From NCBI RefSeq assembly GCF_006345805.1, contig NC_043012.1, positions 57,536,001 to 57,600,000 of the forward strand: DNA of 64,000 nt. Direction: 5' to 3'. Positions 53,428 through 64,000 of this stretch are shown here, one piece after another. The notes beneath the pieces were generated by a model that was given only the letters and a program-made list of their open reading frames with translations, searched no databases and was not told where the DNA came from. Source of the stretch: Octopus sinensis (Eukaryota). The translations under genes and the position numbers were made by a program. Within the stretch, counting starts at the first letter, position 1; each line of letters begins with the position of its first letter.

Positions 53428-53655
53428 TACACATACACACACACACGCGCACGCATATACACACATATTATGCACAAACAAGAAGAAAATTTATGATAAA
53501 TTTAATGTAGTTAATCCATTTATAATCTCAAAGAAAGTAAACACGCTTAAACAGTTCCTGTGACCCTCCCTGTACTTAGAAAATTTAAAGGGTAAGATCA
53601 TAAAATGAGGTTAACTACATCATACATATTATTTGTGTGTGTGTATTATATATAT

Positions 53656-53704
<49 letters not shown>

Positions 53705-53709
53705 CATAC

Positions 53710-53760
<51 letters not shown>

Positions 53761-53986
53761 CTATATATATATGTGTGTGAGTGATTATGTGTGTATGCAT
53801 GTATATATATATATGTGTGTGTGTGAGTGATTGTGTGTATGCATGTATATATATGTGTGTGTGTGTGAGTGTGTGTGTCTGTTTCATGGCAGTGATAGGT
53901 TCAAAAGAACATTGTAAGAATTCAAGAATGCGGAGCCCAAAGCAAAATGTCTGAGAAACAAGATTTTTAGTCCATGGACGTATGTC

Positions 53987-54059
<73 letters not shown>

Positions 54060-54179
54060 ACACACACAGACACCACCACACACACACACACACACACAGA
54101 CACACACACACACACACACACACATAACGCTCACACATATATTAGTATATGCGAATGTGTATATAAATGTGCATGCATG

Positions 54180-54219
<40 letters not shown>

Positions 54220-54354
54220 CTGCCTGTCTGAATGTCTATCTTTCTCTTTGTCCCATTCTTTGTCTATGTATGTATGCATGCATGTATGTATGTATCTGTC
54301 TGTCTGGATTTCTATCTTTCTCTTTATATATATATATATATATATATATAAATA

Positions 54355-55999
54355 TGATACCCCCTCACCACTATCCACACCACCCTTGCCAGAGCACGGT
54401 CCGTGGACCGTGTATCTGCTCTCTCTCCCCGAACCCGCCCTTGTAGTCTCCCGCCTCCCCCTTTTCCCCTCACTTACCACCCCCACGACCCTACGTCTCC
54501 AACGCCCACATTCTTCGAGCTTTCCGTCATCTCCAGTCCGACCCGTCCACTTCCACACCTCTTCCCTAACTGACCCCTCCCCTCTTTCAAACGAGCCCAC
54601 AACCTTCGAGACCTTTTGGTCCATAGCTCCTTCCCTGACCCTACCTCCCAACCCGGCTCGTTCCCCTGCTCCCGCCCACGTTGCCGCACTTGCCCTTACC
54701 TCTCCAACACCACCCGCCTCACTAGCACCCACCATCGACCCTATCCCATCATCCACTCCTTCACCTGCACCTCCAGCAATATTATCTATTGCATCTCTTG
54801 CTCTCTCTGCAATTCCTTGACATCGGACAACGGGACGCCGCTTGGCTGACCGGTTCGCGGAACACCTTCGTGACATCCACCTTGCGAACGACACACCGGT
54901 CTCACGCCATTTCCGCTCCACCGGTCACTCCTTGCAACACCTATCTGTGTTCGGTTTGTCCTTACACAGAGGCCATCCGGATTCCCGTTTGCGCGCCGTG
55001 AACAGGAATTAATCTTCTCTCTTCTTCTTATACGCCATTTGGTCTCAACTCTCCCCCCTCCTCATCTAACCCCCACTCTCCCCTACCTCACCTATCCTTT
55101 CCCCCCGACCCCTACTTTTTCAGTCCTTCATCCTTTCACCCCTACTCCCCTTCCCTTTCCCTCTTTCTCCCTCCCTCCTTCCTTCTTCCCCTTCCTCTGC
55201 TCCCCTCACTCCCCCTCTTCCTCTTTCCTCCTTCCTCCCCTCCCCCTCTCCTCTTTCCCCCTCTCCTCTTCCCCCTCTCCTCTTCCCCCCTCTCATCCCC
55301 CTCTCCTCTTCCCCCTTCTCCCCCCCTCTTCTCCTCACTACACCACACGACTTCACACATCACATCATATATGATGTGCCATACTAATACATACACCAAC
55401 TAATACGTACTAATACATACTAATACATACTAATACATACACCAACCCTATACATACACACGTCCAGACCCCTACGCACTTATACTCTCTCATACACACC
55501 ACACACACAAACACTATACATACTAATACGTACTAATACATACTAATACATACTAATACATACACCAACCCCATACATACGCACGTCCACACCAATCCTA
55601 CGCACTAATACTCTCTCATACACACACACACACACACCCTTATACATACTAATACATACACCAACCCTATACATACACACGTCCAGACCCTCCTACGCAC
55701 TATTAGCTGGTCCTTCAACCTTATTATCAACTCTATTATCTCTCCTTATTTCGCTCTCGCGTCTCATGTTTGATCTTTGACCTCTGGCCGAAATCAGATC
55801 GCCATGTTGATTCGTTAGCTACTGCACGCATTTTTTTTCTCTCCTTCTTTCTGTGTTTTTTTCTCTCTGTGTATCTTTCTGTTGAAGAGCGTAGGCTCGA
55901 AACGTTAAAGACTTGTTTTTATTTATATTCCTGAGCGCCATACTAATACAATGGTTCGTTTGTTTTCCACCTGCCTTCGTCTTTTGTCTATTTTCATAA
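54355..55999 (+). mobile_element. 5'-truncated Penelope-like retroelement (Neptune-like GIY-YIG), with 3' tandem repeats and pLTR
   Basis: ILRAFRHLQSDP..FKRAHNLRDLLVHSS..PCSRPRCRTCPY..FTCTSSNIIYCISCSLC..IGQ.GRRLADRFAEHLRDI..VSRHF..GHS..REQELIF across frameshifts. Hammerhead variant at 55879-55907. Embedded in (TA)n. Confidence 0.9.
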
Positions 56000-56007
56000 A
56001 GCTTCCG

Positions 56008-56074
<67 letters not shown>

Positions 56075-56081
56075 TATATCT

Positions 56082-56139
<58 letters not shown>

Positions 56140-56143
56140 CTAA

Positions 56144-56235
<92 letters not shown>

Positions 56236-56389
56236 AATATATATAATATATATATATATATAAATATATATATATAAATATATATATAAATATATATATA
56301 AATATATATATATATATTATATATATATATATTATATATATATATAATATATATATTATATTATATATATATATCTATATATATATATT

Positions 56390-56580
56390 CGTCTGAAAGA
56401 TGAACACGTTGATGCTGAATTACAAAATAGAATAGCGAAGCCTAGTACTGTATTATGACTATTTCGTCCATTACTATGAAACGAGGATTTAGGTTTACCA
56501 AAATCAAGTACCAGATCTACGCAGTAGTCGCTCTCTAGCCATTCTGTTGTATGGTACCGAATCAGGCACAAGTATGAGGT
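56390..56580 (+). mobile_element. RTE/BovB-like RT C-terminal remnant
   Basis: DAELQNRIAKPS..KYQIYAVV..ILLYGTES (across frameshifts). Confidence 0.65.
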
Positions 56581-56639
56581 TAAGAAACTTCCTGTTTTTT
56601 GGGTGATACACCTATGTTCAGCCACGTACACCTGTTGAA

Positions 56640-56880
56640 GAGTAAAAACATGGACTGTCTTAAGCCTTACGACTCTTGTTTTCCATGGTGTGTAAGTGAC
56701 CGAGGTCACAACCGAGACGGTCGCACGGCCACTCGTTTGCAACTAAGTGGACATACACTGGAACAATGTAGATTGGAGTGGTTCTCTCAAAAGCACAACG
56801 TACAGTCGTGTCCTGGAATCGAAACCGTGATCTTACGATCGTGTGTGAAACACCCCAAACTGCTAGGCCACGTGCCTTCG
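56640..56880 (-). mobile_element. Old tRNA-derived CORE-like SINE (fourth family)
   Basis: GGCACGTGGCCTAG..GGTTTCGATTCC head on minus strand. Confidence 0.6.
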
Positions 56881-57850
56881 CTTTTGTGTCAAAACATGGA
56901 TTTTAACTAAGATATTAATGTGAACAGGATCGAGAAGAGTGGATTGTGGACGATTGTGGATGAAAGGCATACAATGAAATAGAATGAAATAAATAAAATT
57001 CTACGCTTGATGGGTGTTAACCATCATTTATCTGAAAGATCGTCCAATTAGTCCCCATACACGAAACTATCTGAAGGGTAAGCGCATCAAAAACAAGCAA
57101 CTTCACTTATGTTAGAAGAAAATCGTAAAATCGTAAAACTGTCTTACTGCGCCCCCACATTCTTCCTCGTAAATCAGTCAATAAAATGAAATAAAACAAC
57201 ATAGTAAAACATATAAGCATAAACTTTGTGTCATGGACGGACGGACATAGTCGAGAGAGAGAGAATGACGGTTAAATAGCTATGAAAGCAGTCTCCGGTT
57301 GATTGATGGCAGCTAAAAACACGTAGAGACATACTTACAAACACACAGACCTACAGGGTATTATATGCATCTATGTACACAAGGGCATGCTGAAAGGTTC
57401 CTGGCTTTCCGTAACAGAAAATACAAGAGGATCAGTTCATTATGATTTTATTCAATATATTCCCTTCTAAGATCCACACACCTATTGCAGCGGTCCTTCA
57501 GCTTTTCTAAGCCCTATAAAAGAATTCGGAGGGTTGGGCTTCCGACCAGGCCTTTCACAATACCCTTAAAGCCAGGAAATTTTCTGCACCCCGCGTACAT
57601 ATATATGCATACGTATACAGGAGGGTGCTAACAATTCCTGGTTTTAGGTAAAAGAAAATACCGGGGGATCAGTTCATTTTGATTTTATTAAGCATATTCC
57701 CTTCTCAGATTCACACACTTATTGCAGTGGTCCTTCAGTTTTTCTAAGCTCCGTAAAAGAACTCGGAAGGTTGAACCTCCAGCCAGGCCGCCTTTCCTGA
57801 TACTTTAAAGCCAGGACTTTTTCAGCTTTTCAGCACTCACTCGTACAGTA

Positions 57851-57904
<54 letters not shown>

Positions 57905-57906
<2 letters not shown>

Positions 57907-58067
57907 CTGGAAGCTTATGAAAATAAACAAAAGACGAAGGCAGGGGAGTACAAACAAACAAACAATTGTATTAGTATGGCGCTCAGGAATAGAAATAGAA
58001 CAAGTCTTTTACGTTTCGAGCCTACGCTCTTCAACAGAAAGATACACAGAAAAGAAACACGGAGAGA

Positions 58068-58072
<5 letters not shown>
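57905..58072 (-). mobile_element. Solo PLE pLTR, same family as 55830-55999
   Basis: Reverse complement of CTGTTGAAGAGCGTAGGCTCGAAACGT. Flanked by (TA)n on both sides. Confidence 0.85.
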
Positions 58073-58121
<49 letters not shown>

Positions 58122-58159
58122 AATATGTGTGAATGTATGCATACATATATGTATGTATA

Positions 58160-58530
58160 TTCTTTTATTCTTTTGCTTGTTTCAGACATTTGACTGTGGC
58201 AATGCCGGAGCACCACCTTTAGTCGAACAAATCGACCGCAGGACTTATTATTTGTAAGCCTAATACGTATTCGATCGGTCTGTTTTGCCGATCCGCTAAG
58301 TTCCGGGAACCTAAACATACCAACATCAGTTGTCAAGCGATGGTGGTGGAGAGACAAACACAGATACTCAAACACTATATATATATATATAAAATATATA
58401 CGGCGAGCTTGTTTCAGTTACCGTCTACAAAATCCACTCACAAGGCTTTGGTCGGCCTCAGGCTATTGTAGAAGACACTTGACCAAGGTGTCATGCAGTG
58501 GGACTGTATCATGCGGTAGGGAAGCAAGCT
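58160..58530 (-). mobile_element. SINE-B
   Basis: Family motifs. Confidence 0.85.
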
Positions 58531-58744
58531 TCTTTATTTCATCAGATTTGCCATAAAGGCATTACAAAGATAGAAGCAAGTGCAGGCTGGACAATAACAC
58601 AAATGAGATGAAATGATGAACAAAGGAACTAGACTTTTTTTAAATTAAGAGAGTTCCCGGTGTTTGTAAATATGTGACTGAGTTGGTATATTGTTGGTTG
58701 AATTGTCGCTGCATGCATCCAAGTCTGTGCATCTATTCATACAG

Positions 58745-59110
58745 GAATGTCACATGGAGAACCTTTGGAATGTCTTACAAATTTTCAGTGTGTCACTAAT
58801 AGATTGGATTTGGAGAAATCACGTCAGTTTCTTTTGCTCTTCATCTGTGAAACCGAATATTTTAAGGTTTTTTTTTTTAGCAAATTCGTTGCTACATAGC
58901 CTAATGCACCTATGATTTTATGTATAAATGAGAATTCATAGTCGGAGTACAAAAGCTGTAAGTTCCGCATCAATTCGCCATAAATGTTCTCTCTCTTCTG
59001 AATTTTCGACATCACATTCACACCTGTTGGGTAGCTGGCCTCTACAACACTGCATGACTTTTGTTCCATGTCCCACAGAATAACATCAGGTCTGTTATAA
59101 AAGGTGTGAA
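58745..59110 (-). pseudogene. R4/Dong-type non-LTR retrotransposon restriction-like endonuclease remnant
   Basis: YNRPDVILWDMEQKSCSVVEASYPTGVNVMSKIQKRENIYGELMRNLQLLY..IIGALGY, then ..LQIQSISDTLKICKTF. Confidence 0.8.
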
Positions 59111-59331
59111 TACCTGCTTATTCTGACATGCCTTTGGTGTATTCGTCCGGGTAGCCCTTACTGATTAAGTAGTTCTTGCAACTATATCAGACTGCTCTTG
59201 GGAAACGAACTCTGTTCTGTAAATAGGACAGACATTCTACCACTGTACAAAAGTAATCTTTGAACACGCACACGCGCGCACGCACGGAGGTTTAAACAAA
59301 AGAGAATGGATTGAGCACACACGCTTTATTG

Positions 59332-61262
59332 GGTTAATATAGGGCGTAACAAATATCAGAAAATCAAAAAAAAAATGTATGTAATAGGTGTAAAACAACT
59401 TCCTATGAACGAATATGAAAAAAAAAATTCGCGCACGCGAAAGGGGGGTGGGGAGAGGCCTCGGAAAATTCACATCGGGAAGTTCCGAAAGCGTCTGAGG
59501 AGCTGACCCGGGCACCAAAACAAAAAAAAAATAGTGTAATATGTGTAAAACAACTTGCTCTAAACGAATATGACAAAAAAAAATGCGCTCTCGCGAAAGA
59601 GGGGTGGGGGAGAGGCCTCGGAATATTTATATCGGGAATTTCCGAAAGCGTCTGAACCGGGCACAAAAACAAAAACAAAAACAGCGTAATAGGTGTAAAA
59701 CAACTTGCTCTAAACGACTATCATGAAAAAAATGCGCGCTCGCGAAAGGGGGGTGGGGGAGAGGCTTTGGAAATTTCACATCTTCAGTCCACGGCCTTTA
59801 AACTAAGAAAAAATAGTGTAATTAGTGTAAAACTACTTGTTCTAAACGAGTATCAAGAACACACACTCACACATGAATCATAAACTCCGTATTTCGCAAA
59901 AAAAAAAAAAATAAAGAGAAGAAATTCTGGAAAAAGTGAAGAAATGTTGGATCTCATTCCTTGGTTAAAGCTATTTTAAACATTAAATTTATGCTTTTCT
60001 TTGAAATAGTTCAGATATATGCAATTCTTCTCACTTATTAAGATGCATTTATCAGAAAAAAAGAGACAGAAAAAATTATTATTTTGTGTCAATCCTTCCC
60101 TAATTATCCTTTATTAATTAGTTTTGGCGTGTATTTTTTTCCCAAATTTATTTTTTCACCTTTACAACACTGTTTAGTAAAGCAATTAATTATCTTTATA
60201 ATTTGCATATTTGACTTATTAATCAAAATTCTCTAGATGTAATATATACTAAGTAATGCATCCTTCATTTATGTGTTCCGTTTTGTATTATGCATGCGTG
60301 ACTGTTTGTATGTAAGTGTGTTTAACTGTGCACATGAATGTGAATATTAAAGAACATATTTATTTACTATGATTGTTATTTTCAGAACAAATAAATCTTT
60401 TGGCTGTTATGTTATTGATGTTATTATTATTGCTAGTTAAAGGGTGGTGACTTGGCTGAATATTTTGAGTCTTGTAGTATGTAGTTGTGTTAGTCAATAT
60501 TCTGAGTTCAAATCCAACTCATTTCTTTATCATCATTATCGATGGACCACTCAAAGAGGTATGTATACATTATCATTTTCGTAACATAATTTCTGTAGTA
60601 TTTCAAGATGTTTCTGACACGTATTTTGATTCACATGGCGGAGATCCAACATTCTTCACTTTTTCCAGAATTTCTTCTCTTTATTTTTTTTTTTTGCGAA
60701 ATACGGAGTTTATGATTCATGTGTGAGTGTGTGTTCTTGATACTCGTTTAGAACAAGTAGTTTTACACCAATTACACTATTTTTTCTTAGTTTAAAGGCC
60801 GTGGACTGAAGATGTGAAATTTCCGAAGCCTCTCCCCCACCCCCCTTTCGCGAGCGCGCATTTTTTTCATGATAGTCGTTTAGAGCAAGTTGTTTTACAC
60901 CTATTACGCTGTTTTTGTTTTTGTTTTTGTGCCCGGTTCAGACGCTTTCGGAAATTCCCGATATAAATATTCCGAGGCCTCTCCCCCACCCCTCTTTCGC
61001 GAGAGCGCATTTTTTTTTGTCATATTCGTTTAGAGCAAGTTGTTTTACACATATTACACTATTTTTTTTTTGTTTTGGTGCCCGGGTCAGCTCCTCAGAC
61101 GCTTTCGGAACTTCCCGATGTGAATTTTCCGAGGCCTCTCCCCCACCCCCCTTTCGCGTGCGCGAATTTTTTTTTTCATATTCGTTCATAGGAAGTTGTT
61201 TTACACCTATTACACACATTTTTTTTTTGATTTTCTGATATTTGTTACGCCCTATATTAACC
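59332..61262. mobile_element. Foldback-type non-autonomous DNA transposon
   Basis: Arms 59332-59955 and 60641-61262 are near-identical inverted copies with ~150-bp subrepeats. Perfect 8-bp TSD CTTTATTG. Termini GG..CC. Confidence 0.92.
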
Positions 61263-62049
61263 CTTTATTGTATAATACTACAATTGTTTCATCGCCACTT
61301 TACATCAGGTACCTGCCGAATTATTATTATATAATATATTAAATATAATGAATAACACATTGCATTATCATTATTTCAACAACATTGGGAAGTGTTGGGT
61401 CTTCAGTTATAAAGGAAATGAATCTGCTTAATAGACACACACACGCTTGTATATTTGTTAGAATTTTTGGCTTCTTAAATTCTGTTCCATAATTATCATA
61501 TAGACTCTTGGTTTTCGAACAGCGTGCCATGATACACTACTGCCTCTCTCAAGGAGAGTCTTGGTGCATTACAGCTGTTTATAAATACGACTACTTAAAA
61601 ATATAACTAAGATTCCACCAGGAATTTGTCAATTGAAACTTTATAGGCCCGATGATGCGCATCTCTTTCCAGGTCTGACTACTGATAATATCTTCCAGAA
61701 CATGAGACAGACAAACACAGACAGACAGAAAGTGTATAACTAACGCCAGTACAAGACTGACACTTCATTTATTAAGTACGACAAGAAAGGATGAACAGCA
61801 AATTTGACTTCGGCAGGATCTGAACTTAGAGCATCGAGAGGCTGAACCACTACTGGAAGACAATCTATCAGACACTCAAACGACCAGGCCAATTCACTAC
61901 ATTTAAAAAAATATCGTACGTTATCCTGGATACATTATGGTTAAGAATTCGGTGGGGTTCTTACGGCTGGTACACTTTTGATCATGGGTTTGTTCGATCA
62001 GTACTTGCCTTGGGCTAAACAACTACAGCATATTGGTTTCAGATTTTAA

Positions 62050-62225
62050 CATCAGGCCAACAGTTCTGGGATAGGGTGTTAGTCGATCACATCGGCACCC
62101 CTCCCCCCGTGCGTCACTGGTACTTATTTTATCGACCAAGGCAAAGTCGACTCTGGCGGAATTTGAGCTCAGATCGTAAAGACGGACGAAATGCCTGTAA
62201 GCATTTTATTCGGCCTGCTAATGAT
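62050..62225 (-). mobile_element. Degenerate SINE-A2
   Basis: Family motifs. Confidence 0.75.
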
Positions 62226-62863
62226 TTTACCAGCTCGCTGCCAATTAAGAGCTGTTGACAGAGCCACAAACTAGGACACAGTCATATTCGTTACTATAGT
62301 AAGTAATGAGATGCAGACAGTTTGCAAGGCCGACATGTTCATCTACTTAACCACCTGTGATTCTATGCTTTTGCTGTAAAGACTATAAACAAGGACCATT
62401 ATTTATACGTAGAATGACAAATTATTCATATTTTTCTTCTTCTTTCTAGTGTATTCGTCATAAATTAAGAATTACAAAATATTTTCAGTAAAATGAGAGA
62501 AAATAAAAGAAAAAAGAGAATTTAGTCGCTCTAGTGTTACCAGAAAGCAGAGCTTTAAAAGGCCACGGAAAAAGCGGAAACTGTAGGTGAATAATTCTGA
62601 AGGGCTTCTAATAGCCTTACTCAGATTAAAATCTTCTCAAGCAATGCGACTTTTAATAAAATAGTTGCTTGTCTGATGTAACTGTACGTAGTTGCATGTC
62701 TATGACAAGTCCAGCCGATTGCCTAGTTCCTAATTGTCTCAAGCGTTTAACCATTTCGTAGACATGAAGATCAGGGTACTTTATTTTAAGAGTTGTCATC
62801 CGTTTTCTCTGATTGCTTTTTCTCTTCAAAATCTTTATTTTCATATTATTATTATTATTATTA

Positions 62864-62905
<42 letters not shown>

Positions 62906-63155
62906 TTCTTTTTGACTTCTCTTGAGAATATATGAAAATATACGAAAAACAAGGCACTAGACATACACAGATAAGTACACATACACATATATTCATACAC
63001 ACACACTTACCACACACACATACACACAAATTAATAAATATTGAGTGGCGAAATATTTGGCGACGGTGAGATGTGCCGGGTCAGAAGAGAAAAAGAAATG
63101 ATTTTGAAAAGAGAGTTGAATTCAGAAGTGTAGTTAAGTCTTAGAATATGGCATG

Positions 63156-63219
<64 letters not shown>

Positions 63220-64000
63220 CTAGGCAAGTAATTATGTGATGTCTCATTGCTGGCTTAGCTCTAAAACGGTTCCCACAACTATCAACTTAGTCTATTTGCA
63301 CACATACACACACACACACTTGTACACATGCAAATATATGTGTCTATGTTTATGTCCATATATATATATACATATATATGTGTGTATATACATTTATTTG
63401 CACGTATGGATATGTGCGCGCGCGCGTGTGTATAGTGGAACCCGGTTATTGTGATCACTTTGGGATTATAACCAGTTGACATATTACGCAAAAGATATAT
63501 TACTTATCTGAGAGTGTTCAGAACCCATTAATTTTGATAATTATAACCATTTGATAACGTTATCTACGATTATAATGACTGATTCACACACACACACACA
63601 TAGTGTTTACGTCGCAACAATCTTGAAACTTCCTGAATAAATTGTTCTTTTTAAATCGGTCGATCTCAAAGTAGATAGAATTATAAATTAGAGCGTGTGG
63701 AATATTAGGTTAAAAAATAAACCCTTGGATGGAAAACCTTGAAGTCTGCCTGTAAGACACGAACCCCAATCTTCTGCAAATATGGCAGACGGTCTGCTAC
63801 TACCATAGCACTCGTTCGAATTTCTCCATTCATTTGGATGAATGTAGAGAAGAACCCTAATTTATTGATAGGATTCTAACGATTTCCTCTTGGGTAGAAC
63901 TCGTTGCGCCCAACGCTTTCATAACAAACACCCTAGAAAGAAGAAGGGATGGAAAGAAGATTAAAAAAAGGATAGTATGTCATTTTACGGAGAAAAGGCC

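Noticed and set aside
54142-54921. 259-aa minus-strand ORF
   Set aside because: Antisense shadow of the C-rich PLE coding strand.
61339-61530. LTR-integrase remnant (MARCSKTKSLYDNYGTEF)
   Set aside because: Only faint resemblance to the SDNGTNF region, with no other motifs or LTRs.

Overview
AT-rich, repeat-saturated animal DNA, most likely octopus. The three dominant tRNA-derived SINE families match my recollection of octopus OK/OR-type SINEs; I did not confirm this by search. Almost all ORF-track entries are microsatellite or SINE artefacts. Contents: dozens of SINE copies (here called families A, B, C); one nearly complete but inactivated DD34D mariner (15422-16685); two families of mariner-derived MITEs; a hAT MITE; a Helentron/HINE-like element; a 1.93-kb foldback element with ~620-bp modular TIRs and a perfect 8-bp TSD; RTE and R4/Dong LINE remnants; and several Penelope-like element (PLE) relics. 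About ten minimal hammerhead-ribozyme-like motifs occur, several in inverted pairs. The most unusual item is a tRNA-headed, hammerhead-tailed element at 34.56-34.93 kb, a candidate PLE-mobilised SINE or retrozyme. A chain of small phase-compatible + strand exon candidates (21.2, 25.0, 34.0 kb, possibly more) suggests the window is mostly intronic to an unidentified gene. There is a 100-N gap at 2366-2465. No CRISPR, rRNA or bona fide tRNA genes were found.
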